Source: Pseudomonadota bacterium (GTDB lineage Bacteria > Pseudomonadota > Alphaproteobacteria > JBCCHK01). Taken from it: a stretch of 64,000 nt of DNA. Below are positions 18,794 through 28,402 of the stretch, in pieces (position 1 is the stretch's first letter; the number at the start of each line of letters is the position of its first letter). A program made the position numbers and the translations under genes. The notes under the pieces were generated by a model that did not search any database, was not told where the DNA came from, and was given only the letters and a program-made list of their open reading frames with translations. The stretch is from assembly GCA_039028835.1 (NCBI GenBank), contig JBCCHK010000008.1:77463-141462 (forward strand), given 5' to 3'.

Positions 18794-19930
18794 ATGAGCC
18801 GCGGGATTGTGTTGGCTTTTGCGCTCGCCTTGATCCTTCTCGCCCTCCCTGCGAGGGCCACCTTTTATGAAGGGCTCAACGCCTACAACCGGCAGGATTA
18901 CCGGGAAGCTCTGCGAGTGTGGGAACCGTTGGCCGAGCAGGGCAACCCCTATGCTCAATACAACATCGGCCTCATTTACTACGAAGGTCTTGGGGTCGAG
19001 AAAAATGACCAAGAGGCCGCAACGTGGTGGAGCCAAGCTGCCGAACAGGGCAATATCTCTGCCCAATACAACCTTGGCGTACTTTACTATGCTGGCGACG
19101 GCGTCGTTCGCGACTACGTCCGGGCGGCGCAGTGGTTTGTTCAGGCCGCCACCAATGGCCGGGCGGATGCTCAGTTTGCTTTAGGGATGATGTATTTTCA
19201 CGGTCAGGGCGTCCGCCTGGATCACGATCAGGCCGCGCACTGGTGGAGCCAAGCCGCCGAGCAAGACCACCCGCAAGCCCAACTCAGCATCGGCCTTGGC
19301 TACTACAACGGTGATATTATCGAGCAAGACTTCTCCCGCGCCCTGCGTTGGTTTACCCGTGCCGCCGAACAAGGTGAGGTCGATGCTCAGTATAGCCTTG
19401 CATCGATGTACTTTAATGGTCAGGGCACAGACCCTGACCCCATGCAAGCAGCGCGCTGGTACAAAGCCGCCGCCGAGCAAGGTGACGCGCAAGCCCAGTA
19501 TCGCCTGGGACTGCTTTATTATATGGGCGCAGAGGGGATCGATATCGACTATGACCAGGCCTACGCTTGGCAATTAGAGTCAGCCGAGCAAGGCTATCCC
19601 GAGGCGCAGTTTAATATCGGTGTCATGTACTATAACGGCGAAGGGGTCGCAAAAAATCACCGCACCGCGATGACCTGGTATGAGCGAGCCGCCGAGCAAG
19701 GTCACGCCCCGGCCATGAGCAACCTTGGCGTGATGTATGCCTTGGGTGAGGGGGCGGCTGAGGATCTGCAGCGCGCTTATATGTGGGGCCAGCTTGCCGC
19801 TCGTGGCGGTAATCAAAAGGGGAGAGACCTGCGTGATTATCTGCTCCAGCAAATGCCGCCCTCGCAAATCGAGGGGGCAGAAAACCTTGCCCGTGAGTGC
19901 CTACAGAAAAACTATCAGAACTGCTCTTAA
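18794..19930 (+). CDS. Secreted Sel1-like repeat protein
   Basis: Signal peptide (LALPARA), 8 Sel1 repeats of the form A(A)EQG..AQ..LG..Y..G.GV..D...A..W, C-terminal ARECLQKNYQNC. Confidence 0.92.
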   Translation: MSRGIVLAFALALILLALPARATFYEGLNAYNRQDYREALRVWEPLAEQGNPYAQYNIGLIYYEGLGVEKNDQEAATWWSQAAEQGNISAQYNLGVLYYAGDGVVRDYVRAAQWFVQAATNGRADAQFALGMMYFHGQGVRLDHDQAAHWWSQAAEQDHPQAQLSIGLGYYNGDIIEQDFSRALRWFTRAAEQGEVDAQYSLASMYFNGQGTDPDPMQAARWYKAAAEQGDAQAQYRLGLLYYMGAEGIDIDYDQAYAWQLESAEQGYPEAQFNIGVMYYNGEGVAKNHRTAMTWYERAAEQGHAPAMSNLGVMYALGEGAAEDLQRAYMWGQLAARGGNQKGRDLRDYLLQQMPPSQIEGAENLARECLQKNYQNCS

Positions 19931-19938
19931 ACGCTTTT

Positions 19939-20364
19939 TTATTTTTGTTGACGCGCAAGCCACGCACCCGTTGCTTCGTGGAGTTGACGAATAGGCTCGA
20001 CCTGTTGCGCTTGTTCTATATGATCGATTTTCCCATCCAGCAGATGACGCGCAATCAATGCGGTAAGGTCTGCTGCTTTGACGTGTAGCTCGTGGGATGT
20101 TACTGAGCCATGCGTTCGGTGCAGGCCCGTAAGGCCGATGATCTCCAGTGTGCGTTGGGCAAAATCTGCCGGCAAGATCTCAGCACACTGTAACCAACCA
20201 TAAAGCCGCGGCGTGGATAGACGCTGTATCCAAGAGCTCAAGGTTCGCTGAGGAATGTCTGTGCGCTGCGCGAACTCATCGATGCTGTAGGTGCGTCCGC
20301 GGCCAATATATTGGCGCAGGGATTGGGAGAGGTTTTTGCTCAGCTGTTTGCGCGTCAGGGACAA
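19939..20364 (-). CDS. Phage CII/YmfL-like HTH regulatory protein
   Basis: N-terminal HTH (SIDEFAQRTDIPQRTLSSW) and C-terminal DGKIDHIE motif. AAGGA upstream of the TTG start. Confidence 0.55.
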   Translation of the reverse strand: MSLTRKQLSKNLSQSLRQYIGRGRTYSIDEFAQRTDIPQRTLSSWIQRLSTPRLYGWLQCAEILPADFAQRTLEIIGLTGLHRTHGSVTSHELHVKAADLTALIARHLLDGKIDHIEQAQQVEPIRQLHEATGAWLARQQK

Positions 20365-20516
20365 GCGTTATATCCTTTATGCTCAGGAGCCATCACATAA
20401 GAGTTATCGCGCGAAAACGATCACACGCATCATCATACTACCGACGCGCAATAAAATTGGTTAATAGGACCGCGTCTCATCGCGCTACTCAATAACCAAA
20501 ACGATCTGCAACAACA

Positions 20517-21266
20517 ATGACGATAACCTCGCACAACACAGCTCCCACAAAAAAAACCGCGCTCGTGACGGGCGGGGGAGTGCGCATTGGCCAAGATATG
20601 GCCTTGCATCTTGCCAAAGCGGAATGGGCGGTGGTGATTCATTGTCGCCATTCCTTGGATCAGGCACAAAAGACGGTTGCGCAGATTAACAATGGCGGAG
20701 GCCACGCCGCCCTCGTCCAGGCTGACTTGGATGACCCTCATCAAGTCGATGATCTCATCTCACGTGCGCAGGAGGCCATCGGCGATCCGATCACGCTGCT
20801 GGTGAACAGTGCATCCACGTTTGAGGATGACAACGCGGAAACCTTCACGCGGGAGAGCTGGTATCGGCACATGAACTCCAACCTTTACGCCCCGGTGATG
20901 CTGAGCCGGGATATGGCGGCGGCATTGCCGGATCGGGGGCTGATTATCAACATGCTGGACCAGCGGGTCGTGCATACCAAGGTTAACTATTTTTCCTATT
21001 CGATTGCCAAATCGGCCCTGTGGACGGCCACCAAGATGCTCGCCCGCACCTATGCCCCGCGCCTTCGTGTGAACGCGATTGCCCCGGGGATGATGCTCAA
21101 GTCTGATGCGGTGCCCGAGGAGCGATTTGCTGCGTTGTTGGCGGCCACGCCAATGGCGCGGCCGTTAGAACTCTCGGATATACGCCGCGCTCTGGATTTC
21201 ATCATCCACACCGAGGGCTTAACTGGTCATATGATCCCCATCGACGGCGGGGAGCATTTGACGTAG
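20517..21266 (+). CDS. SDR oxidoreductase, FolM/pteridine reductase-like
   Basis: ALVTGGGVRIG, LVNSAS.F, INMLDQRV, YSIAK, VNAIAPG, IDGGEHL. Confidence 0.85.
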   Translation: MTITSHNTAPTKKTALVTGGGVRIGQDMALHLAKAEWAVVIHCRHSLDQAQKTVAQINNGGGHAALVQADLDDPHQVDDLISRAQEAIGDPITLLVNSASTFEDDNAETFTRESWYRHMNSNLYAPVMLSRDMAAALPDRGLIINMLDQRVVHTKVNYFSYSIAKSALWTATKMLARTYAPRLRVNAIAPGMMLKSDAVPEERFAALLAATPMARPLELSDIRRALDFIIHTEGLTGHMIPIDGGEHLT

Positions 21267-21306
21267 TCTTTGGCACAAACCTTGTGAGTGTGCCTCTTTT
21301 GGAGTT

Positions 21307-22086
21307 GTGTGCGTGCTTGTCAATCCTCAGATTCCGACCTACAAGGTCGATGGTTTTATCGGTATGCGCGCCGCAGGTCGCCTTGCCGCGCGGGCTTTGA
21401 CATTTATTGCGCCTTACATCAAGCCGGGTATCACCACGGCCGAGCTTGATCGGTTATGCGAGTCCTTTATTCGCGATCACGGCGCGATTCCTGCGCCCTT
21501 GGGGTATAAGGGCTACCCTAAGGCGACCTGTATTTCGCTCAATCATGTGGTGTGCCACGGCATCCCTGATGAGAAAAAGTTGCGGGATGGTGATATTCTT
21601 AATATCGATATCACGGTGATTTTAGAAGGTTGGTATGGGGATACCAGCAAGATGTTCACTGTCGGCGATAAAGTCTCGATTAAGGCCAAAAGGCTGATTG
21701 AGGCAACCGAGCGCGCCCTTATGATCGGCATCGAGCAGGTCAAGCCTGGTCATCACGTCGGTGATATTGGTCATGCAATTGAAACATTTATTGCCACGCA
21801 AAACTTTTCTGTTGTGCATGATTTTTGTGGCCACGGGCTTGGCCGCGTTTTTCATGGGCCACCCAATATTCCTCACTTTGGCAAGCCTGGCACAGGGCCG
21901 ATGTTCGAGCCGGGGATGTTTTTTACCATCGAGCCGATGGTCAACGCAGGCAAACCCGGCGTGAAGGTCCTGCACGATGGGTGGACGGCGGTGACGAAGG
22001 ATCATTCCCTCTCGGCACAGTGCGAGCATTCGGTAGGTGTGAGCGAGGATGGGGTAGAAATTTTTACACTCGATCCGCCCGCATAG
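21307..22086 (+). CDS. map: Methionine aminopeptidase type I
   Basis: CISLNHVVCHGIP, DILNIDIT, GDTS, CGHGLG..FH, FTIEPM, SAQCEH. Confidence 0.96.
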   Translation: MCVLVNPQIPTYKVDGFIGMRAAGRLAARALTFIAPYIKPGITTAELDRLCESFIRDHGAIPAPLGYKGYPKATCISLNHVVCHGIPDEKKLRDGDILNIDITVILEGWYGDTSKMFTVGDKVSIKAKRLIEATERALMIGIEQVKPGHHVGDIGHAIETFIATQNFSVVHDFCGHGLGRVFHGPPNIPHFGKPGTGPMFEPGMFFTIEPMVNAGKPGVKVLHDGWTAVTKDHSLSAQCEHSVGVSEDGVEIFTLDPPA

Positions 22087-22104
22087 CGCACGCTTGGATG
22101 ACGT

Positions 22105-22836
22105 GTGAGCCATGATCCAAACGCCATGAAAGTCTCACGCCTATCGCGGCGAGAGTCGGGGCAGGATCATCAGGCGGGTCATCGGCAACGGTTGCGTGAT
22201 CGCTTTTTACGGGGTGGCCAGGGCGCCTTGGCCGATTATGAAATCCTTGAATTACTCTTGTTTTCGGTCTATCCGCGCCGAGACGTCAAGCCCATGGCGA
22301 AACGTCTTTTGGTGCACTTCGGTAGCCTAGGGGCCGTTTTATCTGCGTCGCAGGAACAGCTTCGGGCGATGAAGATTAAATCCGATGCGGTGATTGTCGC
22401 GCTGAAAATTGTGCCAATTGCGGCCACCATGATGATGCACGAAAGTTGCGAAGGCAAAGACGTTGTCCGTAACTTTTCTGATCTTATGAATTATTTATCG
22501 CTCCGCCTTAAAAATCATAAGGTGGAAGAGGTTCGTCTGACCTTTCTTGATGCGGACAATCAGGTCTTGCGTGATGAACAACATCGACTTGGTGGGATCA
22601 GCGATGCGCCAGTTTATCCAGGCGAGATTGCCAAGCGTGCGCTGGAGGTCGGTGCGAGTGGCGTGATTATCATTCATAATCATCCTTCAGGCAAAGCCGA
22701 GCCGTCTGCGGCAGATAAGCGGATCACCCAAGCGATTGCCAAGGCTCTGGCGACGGTAGATATCGGTCTTTTTGATCACGTCATTATTGCAGGCAGCCAG
22801 TACTTTAGTTTTCGCCAAGCCGGATTGTTACCATGA
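22105..22836 (+). CDS. radC: RadC/JAB domain protein
   Basis: GHRQRLRDRF, DYEILELLL, HNHPSG...PS.AD, DHVII. Confidence 0.93.
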   Translation: MSHDPNAMKVSRLSRRESGQDHQAGHRQRLRDRFLRGGQGALADYEILELLLFSVYPRRDVKPMAKRLLVHFGSLGAVLSASQEQLRAMKIKSDAVIVALKIVPIAATMMMHESCEGKDVVRNFSDLMNYLSLRLKNHKVEEVRLTFLDADNQVLRDEQHRLGGISDAPVYPGEIAKRALEVGASGVIIIHNHPSGKAEPSAADKRITQAIAKALATVDIGLFDHVIIAGSQYFSFRQAGLLP

Positions 22837-23459
22837 GACGTTTTGTACGTTTTCTATGGCAAGACATTGGGACGCACGTCGATGCCGATGCGATTTTGGC
22901 AGCGGGCTTTTTCTTTACCGTGTTGGTGGCTTCGCCCACCATAGAGATCCTCCAACCAGAAGGCTTTATTGTTTTGTTTTGGCTCGGTGCGCTCTTGGCT
23001 TGTTTGTTGGCGGCGGATCGATTGTTCGCCCATGATTTTCGCAACGGTGTGGTGGATCAGGTGCTATGTTCGCGCTGGCCGATGAGTGTCTATGCGGCCC
23101 TCAAGTTGCTCGCGTGGCTTACGGTGCCAGGGATGTTGGTCGGGGTTTTGGGGTGCTTGGCTTATTTGATTGTGGTGGGGAGCGACGGGCTGGGACGGCT
23201 CGCGCTGTGCTTGGTGGTGGCGTTGCCGGGGATGATTGCGCTTGTGGGGATGATGGCGGCCCTCACGGTGGATGCTGTGCGCGGCACGGCGCTTGTGGTA
23301 CTGGCGGTGATTCCGCTGAGTTTGCCACTGGTGATTTTCGGCACAGCGAGTATGCAGGCCGATACGCCCTTTTTAATGCTTGCTGGGGTGAGTTTGATTT
23401 ATGTGAGTCTGGCGCCAGCGGTGATTAGCTTTGCATTGGCGGATGCGGCGCGACGTTAG
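22833..23459 (+). CDS. ccmB: Heme exporter protein B
   Basis: [27 protein letters not shown]. 6 TM segments. Confidence 0.85.
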   Translation: MRRFVRFLWQDIGTHVDADAILAAGFFFTVLVASPTIEILQPEGFIVLFWLGALLACLLAADRLFAHDFRNGVVDQVLCSRWPMSVYAALKLLAWLTVPGMLVGVLGCLAYLIVVGSDGLGRLALCLVVALPGMIALVGMMAALTVDAVRGTALVVLAVIPLSLPLVIFGTASMQADTPFLMLAGVSLIYVSLAPAVISFALADAARR

Positions 23460-23790
23460 CCAGCACGTCGCTCAACTCGCCATTTTGGAACATTTCTCGC
23501 ACGATATCACAGCCACCGACAAAATTGCCGTGTACGTAGAGTTGCGGGATGGTGGGCCAGTCGCTGTATTCCTTGATGCCTTGGCGGATGTCGGGATCAG
23601 CCAGAACGTCGATGCTTTTATAAGGTACGTTGAGATGATTGAGAATCTGCACGACGGTGGCAGAAAAGCCGCACTGGGGAAAGCTCGGGGTGCCTTTCAT
23701 AAAAAGCACAATGTCTTGGCTGTCAATTTCTTTTTTGAGAAGCTGAGCGGTATCGTTCATGGTTGGGTTGCTCGTTGGGGTATCGTTCAT
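23425..23790 (-). CDS. grxD: Monothiol glutaredoxin Grx4
   Basis: [34 protein letters not shown]. Confidence 0.95.
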   Translation of the reverse strand: MNDTPTSNPTMNDTAQLLKKEIDSQDIVLFMKGTPSFPQCGFSATVVQILNHLNVPYKSIDVLADPDIRQGIKEYSDWPTIPQLYVHGNFVGGCDIVREMFQNGELSDVLANVAPHPPMQS

Positions 23791-23797
23791 GATGGTT

Positions 23798-24052
23798 TTA
23801 CTCAGGCGAAGATGGGCTTGCAGGCGGGGAGGTTTGTAGTGCGAGCGCGTGTAGGTCGGTGCCTGCCCGGCCCTTGAGAGCCCGATAGACGATCTGGTGC
23901 TGCTGAACGCGGCTCTTGCCGATGAAGGCCGCGCTGACGACGTGGGCGGCAAAGTGATCCCCATCACCGCGCAGATCCTCCACGTGCACCGTGCTGTCAG
24001 GCAGGGCCTGTTTAATCAGATCCGTGATTTCTTGCGCATCCATGGGCATCAT
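23798..24052 (-). CDS. bolA: BolA/IbaG family protein
   Basis: [30 protein letters not shown]. Adjacent to grxD. Confidence 0.93.
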   Translation of the reverse strand: MMPMDAQEITDLIKQALPDSTVHVEDLRGDGDHFAAHVVSAAFIGKSRVQQHQIVYRALKGRAGTDLHALALQTSPPASPSSPE

Positions 24053-24167
24053 CGATTCCTTGATCGGTTCTTGCGGATCAGCTTCTTGCGCCAGCATCGT
24101 CTTATGTGCGAGTCTAGCGCAAAGGGGAGGTCATCGTCCAGTCACTATCATTGGGACCATCGTTGTC

Positions 24168-24995
24168 ATGATCGCAAAGTTTTTGAAAGAAGGCTGGCCT
24201 GTGCAGGCCTGGCGCGCGGTGTGCGCGGACATACGCACGGTGCGCGATCATGACCCGGCGGCGGCCAATGTGTGGGTTATCTTTTTGACCTATCCAGGGC
24301 TGCACGCGCTGTGGTGGCATCGTCTTAACCATTGGCTGTGGGGCAAGAATTGGCGCGCCTTAGCGAGCGTTCTTGCCTTTTTGGTGCGAGTCATCACGGC
24401 GATTGAGATTCACCCGGCGGCCAAGATCGGCAAGCGTTTGTTTATCGATCATGGCGCGGGGATTGTGATCGGCAGCACCGCTGAGATCGGCGATGATGTG
24501 ACCATGTACCAGGGGGTCACGCTGGGCGGCACCAGCCTAGAACCGGTTAAGCGTCACCCGACGATTGGCGATCATGTGATTATCGGGGCGAATGCGACCA
24601 TTTTAGGGCCGGTTCATATTGAAACCTGCGCGAAGGTTGGCGCAGGGGCGGTGGTTTTGCAAAACGTCCCCCACGGTTGCACGGCGGTCGGAGTGCCCGC
24701 ACGGTTGGTGCGGTGCCCGGGCAAACCGAAGGATTTTGTCCCTTATGGCATCAATGTGGTGAGCAGTGAGGATCCGTTTCTCAAGATGCGGGAGGTCGTG
24801 GGCCATCTCACTATGCGAGTGGCAACCCTAGAGGAGCGGGCAGGGGCATCACCCCAAGCACGTAAAAAGACCGCGCCGTCGGCTGGCAAAACGACACGCA
24901 CAGACAAAAAACCGCGACCACAAAAGCCCCGACAAAAACGCAAGCGAGAACCACGTCTGGAAAAACCAGCAGTGGAAAAGTTACCCCAGCTGTAA
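24168..24995 (+). CDS. cysE: Serine O-acetyltransferase with basic C-terminal extension
   Basis: DPAA, YPGLHAL, IEIHPAA.IG, FIDHG.G.VIG, GVTLGGT, RHPTIG, VGVPAR. Confidence 0.93.
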   Translation: MIAKFLKEGWPVQAWRAVCADIRTVRDHDPAAANVWVIFLTYPGLHALWWHRLNHWLWGKNWRALASVLAFLVRVITAIEIHPAAKIGKRLFIDHGAGIVIGSTAEIGDDVTMYQGVTLGGTSLEPVKRHPTIGDHVIIGANATILGPVHIETCAKVGAGAVVLQNVPHGCTAVGVPARLVRCPGKPKDFVPYGINVVSSEDPFLKMREVVGHLTMRVATLEERAGASPQARKKTAPSAGKTTRTDKKPRPQKPRQKRKREPRLEKPAVEKLPQL

Positions 24996-25163
24996 AAAAA
25001 GAAGCGCAAAAAAAGTGTGAGGCGGTAAGGTAGAAAGTAGCCATACGTTGCCAGAAGCATGAATGATCGTTATTCGTGGGGATGAGTGCGGTATGCGATA
25101 CTGCACGTCGGCTTGTCTGCGCCACCTTGATATCGATGACTTCAAGATAGGACTACGATCAAC

Positions 25164-26456
25164 ATGATGATACGCGCCGCGATGATCGCTCTTGCAAGTA
25201 TGGGGCTGTTTATTGTTCCTGTCGCGGCATTCGCCCAAGATGTGGCACGCGATGGCGCCGCCGTGGCGGCGGACACGGCCTGGGTCATGACGGCCACCGC
25301 TCTGGTGCTCATGATGACCATGCCGGGGCTTGCATTGTTTTACGGCGGTCTAGCGCAGCGTCGCAATGTCCTTTCGATGTTGATGCAGTGCTTGGCGGTG
25401 GGCTGCGCGGCGTCCGTCTTATGGCTTATCGGGGTTTATGATCTGGCTTTTGGTGCGGGCAATGGCTGGATCGGTAGTCTGGCCGAACCGTTCTGGAGCC
25501 GCGCTCGTCAGGCGCGTGATGGTCTGCCCGAGGTCGTGTTTATGACCTTTCAGATGACTTTTGCGATGATTACCCCGGCATTGATTATCGGTGCGTTTGC
25601 CGAGCGCATGAAGTTCGGCGCGGTTGTCTTGTGGTCTTGCCTGTGGTTGGTGGCGGTCTATGCCCCGGTGGCCCACTGGATCTGGGGCGGTGGCTGGCTC
25701 GCTCAGCGCGGGGTCATCGATTTCGCGGGTGGCCTTGTTGTCCACGCAACGGCGGGGGCGTCGGGCTTGGTGATTGCGATCATGCTGGGGCCCCGGCACG
25801 AGTTTCCCAGTAAGCCCCCGCACAACCCGGCGATGACGTTTATCGGCGCGGCGATGTTGTGGGTGGGCTGGTATGGCTTTAATGGCGGCAGTGCGCTGGC
25901 CGCCGATGGCTCGGCGGGTATGGCGATTTTGGTCACTCATATCTCGGCGAGCACGGCGGCGCTGGTATGGATGGCCATTGAAAGAATCAGATTCGGCAAG
26001 TCCAGCTTGGTCGGCGGGGTCACCGGTTTGATTGCGGGCCTTGCTTGTATCACCCCGGCATCGGGCAGTGTGGGACCTTTGGGCGCGTTGATTTTAGGGT
26101 TGGTTGCCGGGGTCGTGTGCTTTATCGCGGTGGTGCTCATTAAAATTCGTTGGCGGATCGATGACTCCTTTGATGTCTTTGCCGTGCATGGGGTTGGCGG
26201 AATCATCGGCACCTTGCTTGTCGCGGTGCTCATGTCATCGGCCTTGGGCGGGGTGGGCTATGGACCAGCAGGTTTTGGCTCTCAGGTTTCTATTCAGGTG
26301 CTCGGGATCGTGGTTGTATGCGTTTATAGTGTGGTTGTGAGTTATAGTCTCGCGAAGATCACGGCGATGGTGATGGGCGGCTTGCGGGTCTCGGACACCG
26401 ACCAGCTAGAGGGGCTTGATATCACCGCGCACGGCGAGCGAATGAACGACACCTGA
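25164..26456 (+). CDS. amtB: Ammonium transporter
   Basis: PGLALFYGG, FQMTFA.ITPAL, DFAGGLVVH, LWVGWYGFNGGS, DDSFDVFAVHG, GLD...HGE. Confidence 0.96.
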   Translation: MMIRAAMIALASMGLFIVPVAAFAQDVARDGAAVAADTAWVMTATALVLMMTMPGLALFYGGLAQRRNVLSMLMQCLAVGCAASVLWLIGVYDLAFGAGNGWIGSLAEPFWSRARQARDGLPEVVFMTFQMTFAMITPALIIGAFAERMKFGAVVLWSCLWLVAVYAPVAHWIWGGGWLAQRGVIDFAGGLVVHATAGASGLVIAIMLGPRHEFPSKPPHNPAMTFIGAAMLWVGWYGFNGGSALAADGSAGMAILVTHISASTAALVWMAIERIRFGKSSLVGGVTGLIAGLACITPASGSVGPLGALILGLVAGVVCFIAVVLIKIRWRIDDSFDVFAVHGVGGIIGTLLVAVLMSSALGGVGYGPAGFGSQVSIQVLGIVVVCVYSVVVSYSLAKITAMVMGGLRVSDTDQLEGLDITAHGERMNDT

Positions 26457-26516
26457 TTTCTATAAATCTTTATTTTCTATCTTTTATTTTCTGTCTTTCT
26501 GTGCTGGGGTAAAACA

Positions 26517-27533
26517 TTAAAAGGGCAGTTGTCCTGCCAAGGTCGCTTGCACGGCCAGCACAAACGCTGGATCAATCTCAAGCTCTTCGATCGTGCCTGG
26601 CTGAATAGTCATGAGTAAGGTGCGGGTGGCTGCGCGTTCTTGGCTCGGCGCATCGATGATACGTACGCCGCGATCTTCCATCAATTTGCGCGATTCCAGT
26701 TGCCGTTGTTGTGCGAAATCCCGCGCAGGAATAATCATTTCTTCCCAGGTGGCAATCATGATCGCCTGCATTTGCGGGGTGAGAGTCTGCCAGGTGGTTT
26801 TTGAGACCATCGGCACGTACTGTAAAAAGCCCTGCAGATCGTTGTAGGCAAAACGAATGCCAGTATCCCAAAGCTGGAGCGAGCGCGCAGACTCAAAGGT
26901 TGTTTGGATACCGTCGACAATGTCATCGCGCAGGGCTTGCCGCACATCGGTGATCGCAAAGCGTGCCGGAAAGGTCTGCAAGGTCTGATAGCGTTTAATA
27001 AAGGCAAGCCCGGGTAGGGTGCGCAAGCGCAAACCTGCAAGATCTTGGTGGCGCGTGATTGGTCGGTTTCTGGTGAAAATGGCGCTGTGGCCGAGGTCCA
27101 TAAAGCGACCCAAGACTTTGACGTTGAGCCGGGTTTCTAAGTCGTCGATCAATTGGGTGCCGAGCGGTCCGTCGGTAATCTCGTAAATGTTTTCTCGTGA
27201 CTTACCGAAAAACATCGGTAGATCAAACACCAGCGCGTTGGGAGCATAGCGACCGAGCTGCCAGAGGCCAGGGACGCCCATATCCAGTCGGCCAGACTTG
27301 AGAGCGGCTGGCACTTGCGGGCCTGTATGCAGGCTACCGCCCATATGGAGGCGGATTTTCAGCTGGCCGTTGGTGCGCTCGTCAATCCGCTGGATATAAC
27401 GCTGCATGAGAATGGTGCGGGTATGGTCAAGACCTGTGGAAAGGGCGAGATCGATCTCGACCGCACGCGCACCAGCACTGCCGAGGAGCACGGCGACGCC
27501 TATCATCCACCAAAAAGAGCGTAAAATCATCAT
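26517..27533 (-). CDS. dctP: TRAP transporter substrate-binding protein DctP
   Basis: Signal peptide, ERTNGQL.I, DLPMFF, DLAGLRLR, VDG, W..L.P..Q. Confidence 0.8.
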   Translation of the reverse strand: MMILRSFWWMIGVAVLLGSAGARAVEIDLALSTGLDHTRTILMQRYIQRIDERTNGQLKIRLHMGGSLHTGPQVPAALKSGRLDMGVPGLWQLGRYAPNALVFDLPMFFGKSRENIYEITDGPLGTQLIDDLETRLNVKVLGRFMDLGHSAIFTRNRPITRHQDLAGLRLRTLPGLAFIKRYQTLQTFPARFAITDVRQALRDDIVDGIQTTFESARSLQLWDTGIRFAYNDLQGFLQYVPMVSKTTWQTLTPQMQAIMIATWEEMIIPARDFAQQRQLESRKLMEDRGVRIIDAPSQERAATRTLLMTIQPGTIEELEIDPAFVLAVQATLAGQLPF

Positions 27534-27612
27534 AACCAAGACATAGACAAGATGATGTTGATAGTAAAAGATCATCTTGTCTAAGGCGTTAACAGGGTAA
27601 CCAAGCAAAGGA

Positions 27613-28392
27613 ATGACGATGAGCAAAGCCACAACATCACCATCACACCCCTTGGCGGGCAAGCGGGCGTTGGTGACCGGTGCCGGACGCGGGATTGGTC
27701 AGTCGTGCGCGCTGGCCCTTGCGCACGAGGGGGCGCATGTCACCGGACTGGCGCGCAATAAGACAGAATTGGAGACCCTTATCAAGGACATCACGGCCCT
27801 GGGCGGCACGGCGGATATAATCCTTGCGGATGTAACGGATATCACCGCAACAGCCAGCGTGCTCGAGCCCCATCCGGCTTGGGATATTCTCGTCAATAAT
27901 GCTGGTTTGGGGTTACCTGAGCCGTTTTTAGAGGTTACCGCGGAAACCTTTGACCGGGTGATGCAGACCAATCTGCGTGGCGCCTTTTTTCTGACGCAAG
28001 CCGTGGTGCGCAAGATGGTTAGCGCAAAGGTGCAAGGGGTGGTCGTGCATATGTCATCTCAATTGGGGCGTGTGGGGCAGGAGGGGCGATCGGTGTACTG
28101 CGCCTCTAAACATGCGATTGAGGGGCTGAATCGGGCCATGGCCTTGGAGCTTGCGTCACAGGGTATTCGGGTGAACTGTGTGGCACCAACAGTGATCGAG
28201 ACCCCCTTAACAGCACCATTCTTACGCGATAAAGCCTACCGTGAGCGGGTCTTGCGGCATTTACCGATGGGCCGCTTGGGTCGCCCCGAGGAGGTTGCGG
28301 CGGCGGTGGCCTTTTTAGCCTCGCCTGCGGCATCGTTGATTACCGGAGCATCCTTGGTGGTCGATGGCGGCTGGACCGCGGGCAAAGCCTAG
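27613..28392 (+). CDS. SDR family NAD(P)-dependent oxidoreductase
   Basis: TGAGRGIG, LVNNAG, SSQ, YCASK, VNCVAPT, VDGGWTA. Confidence 0.9.
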   Translation: MTMSKATTSPSHPLAGKRALVTGAGRGIGQSCALALAHEGAHVTGLARNKTELETLIKDITALGGTADIILADVTDITATASVLEPHPAWDILVNNAGLGLPEPFLEVTAETFDRVMQTNLRGAFFLTQAVVRKMVSAKVQGVVVHMSSQLGRVGQEGRSVYCASKHAIEGLNRAMALELASQGIRVNCVAPTVIETPLTAPFLRDKAYRERVLRHLPMGRLGRPEEVAAAVAFLASPAASLITGASLVVDGGWTAGKA

Positions 28393-28402
28393 GGGCGGAA
28401 CC

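Noticed and set aside
21271-21286. Sigma54-like TGGCACAAACCTTGT upstream of map
   Set aside because: The conserved -12 GC reads GT, and map is not an expected sigma54 target.
22105-22836. radC as a mobile-element or anti-defence marker
   Set aside because: It is the full-length chromosomal form in the usual map-radC context.
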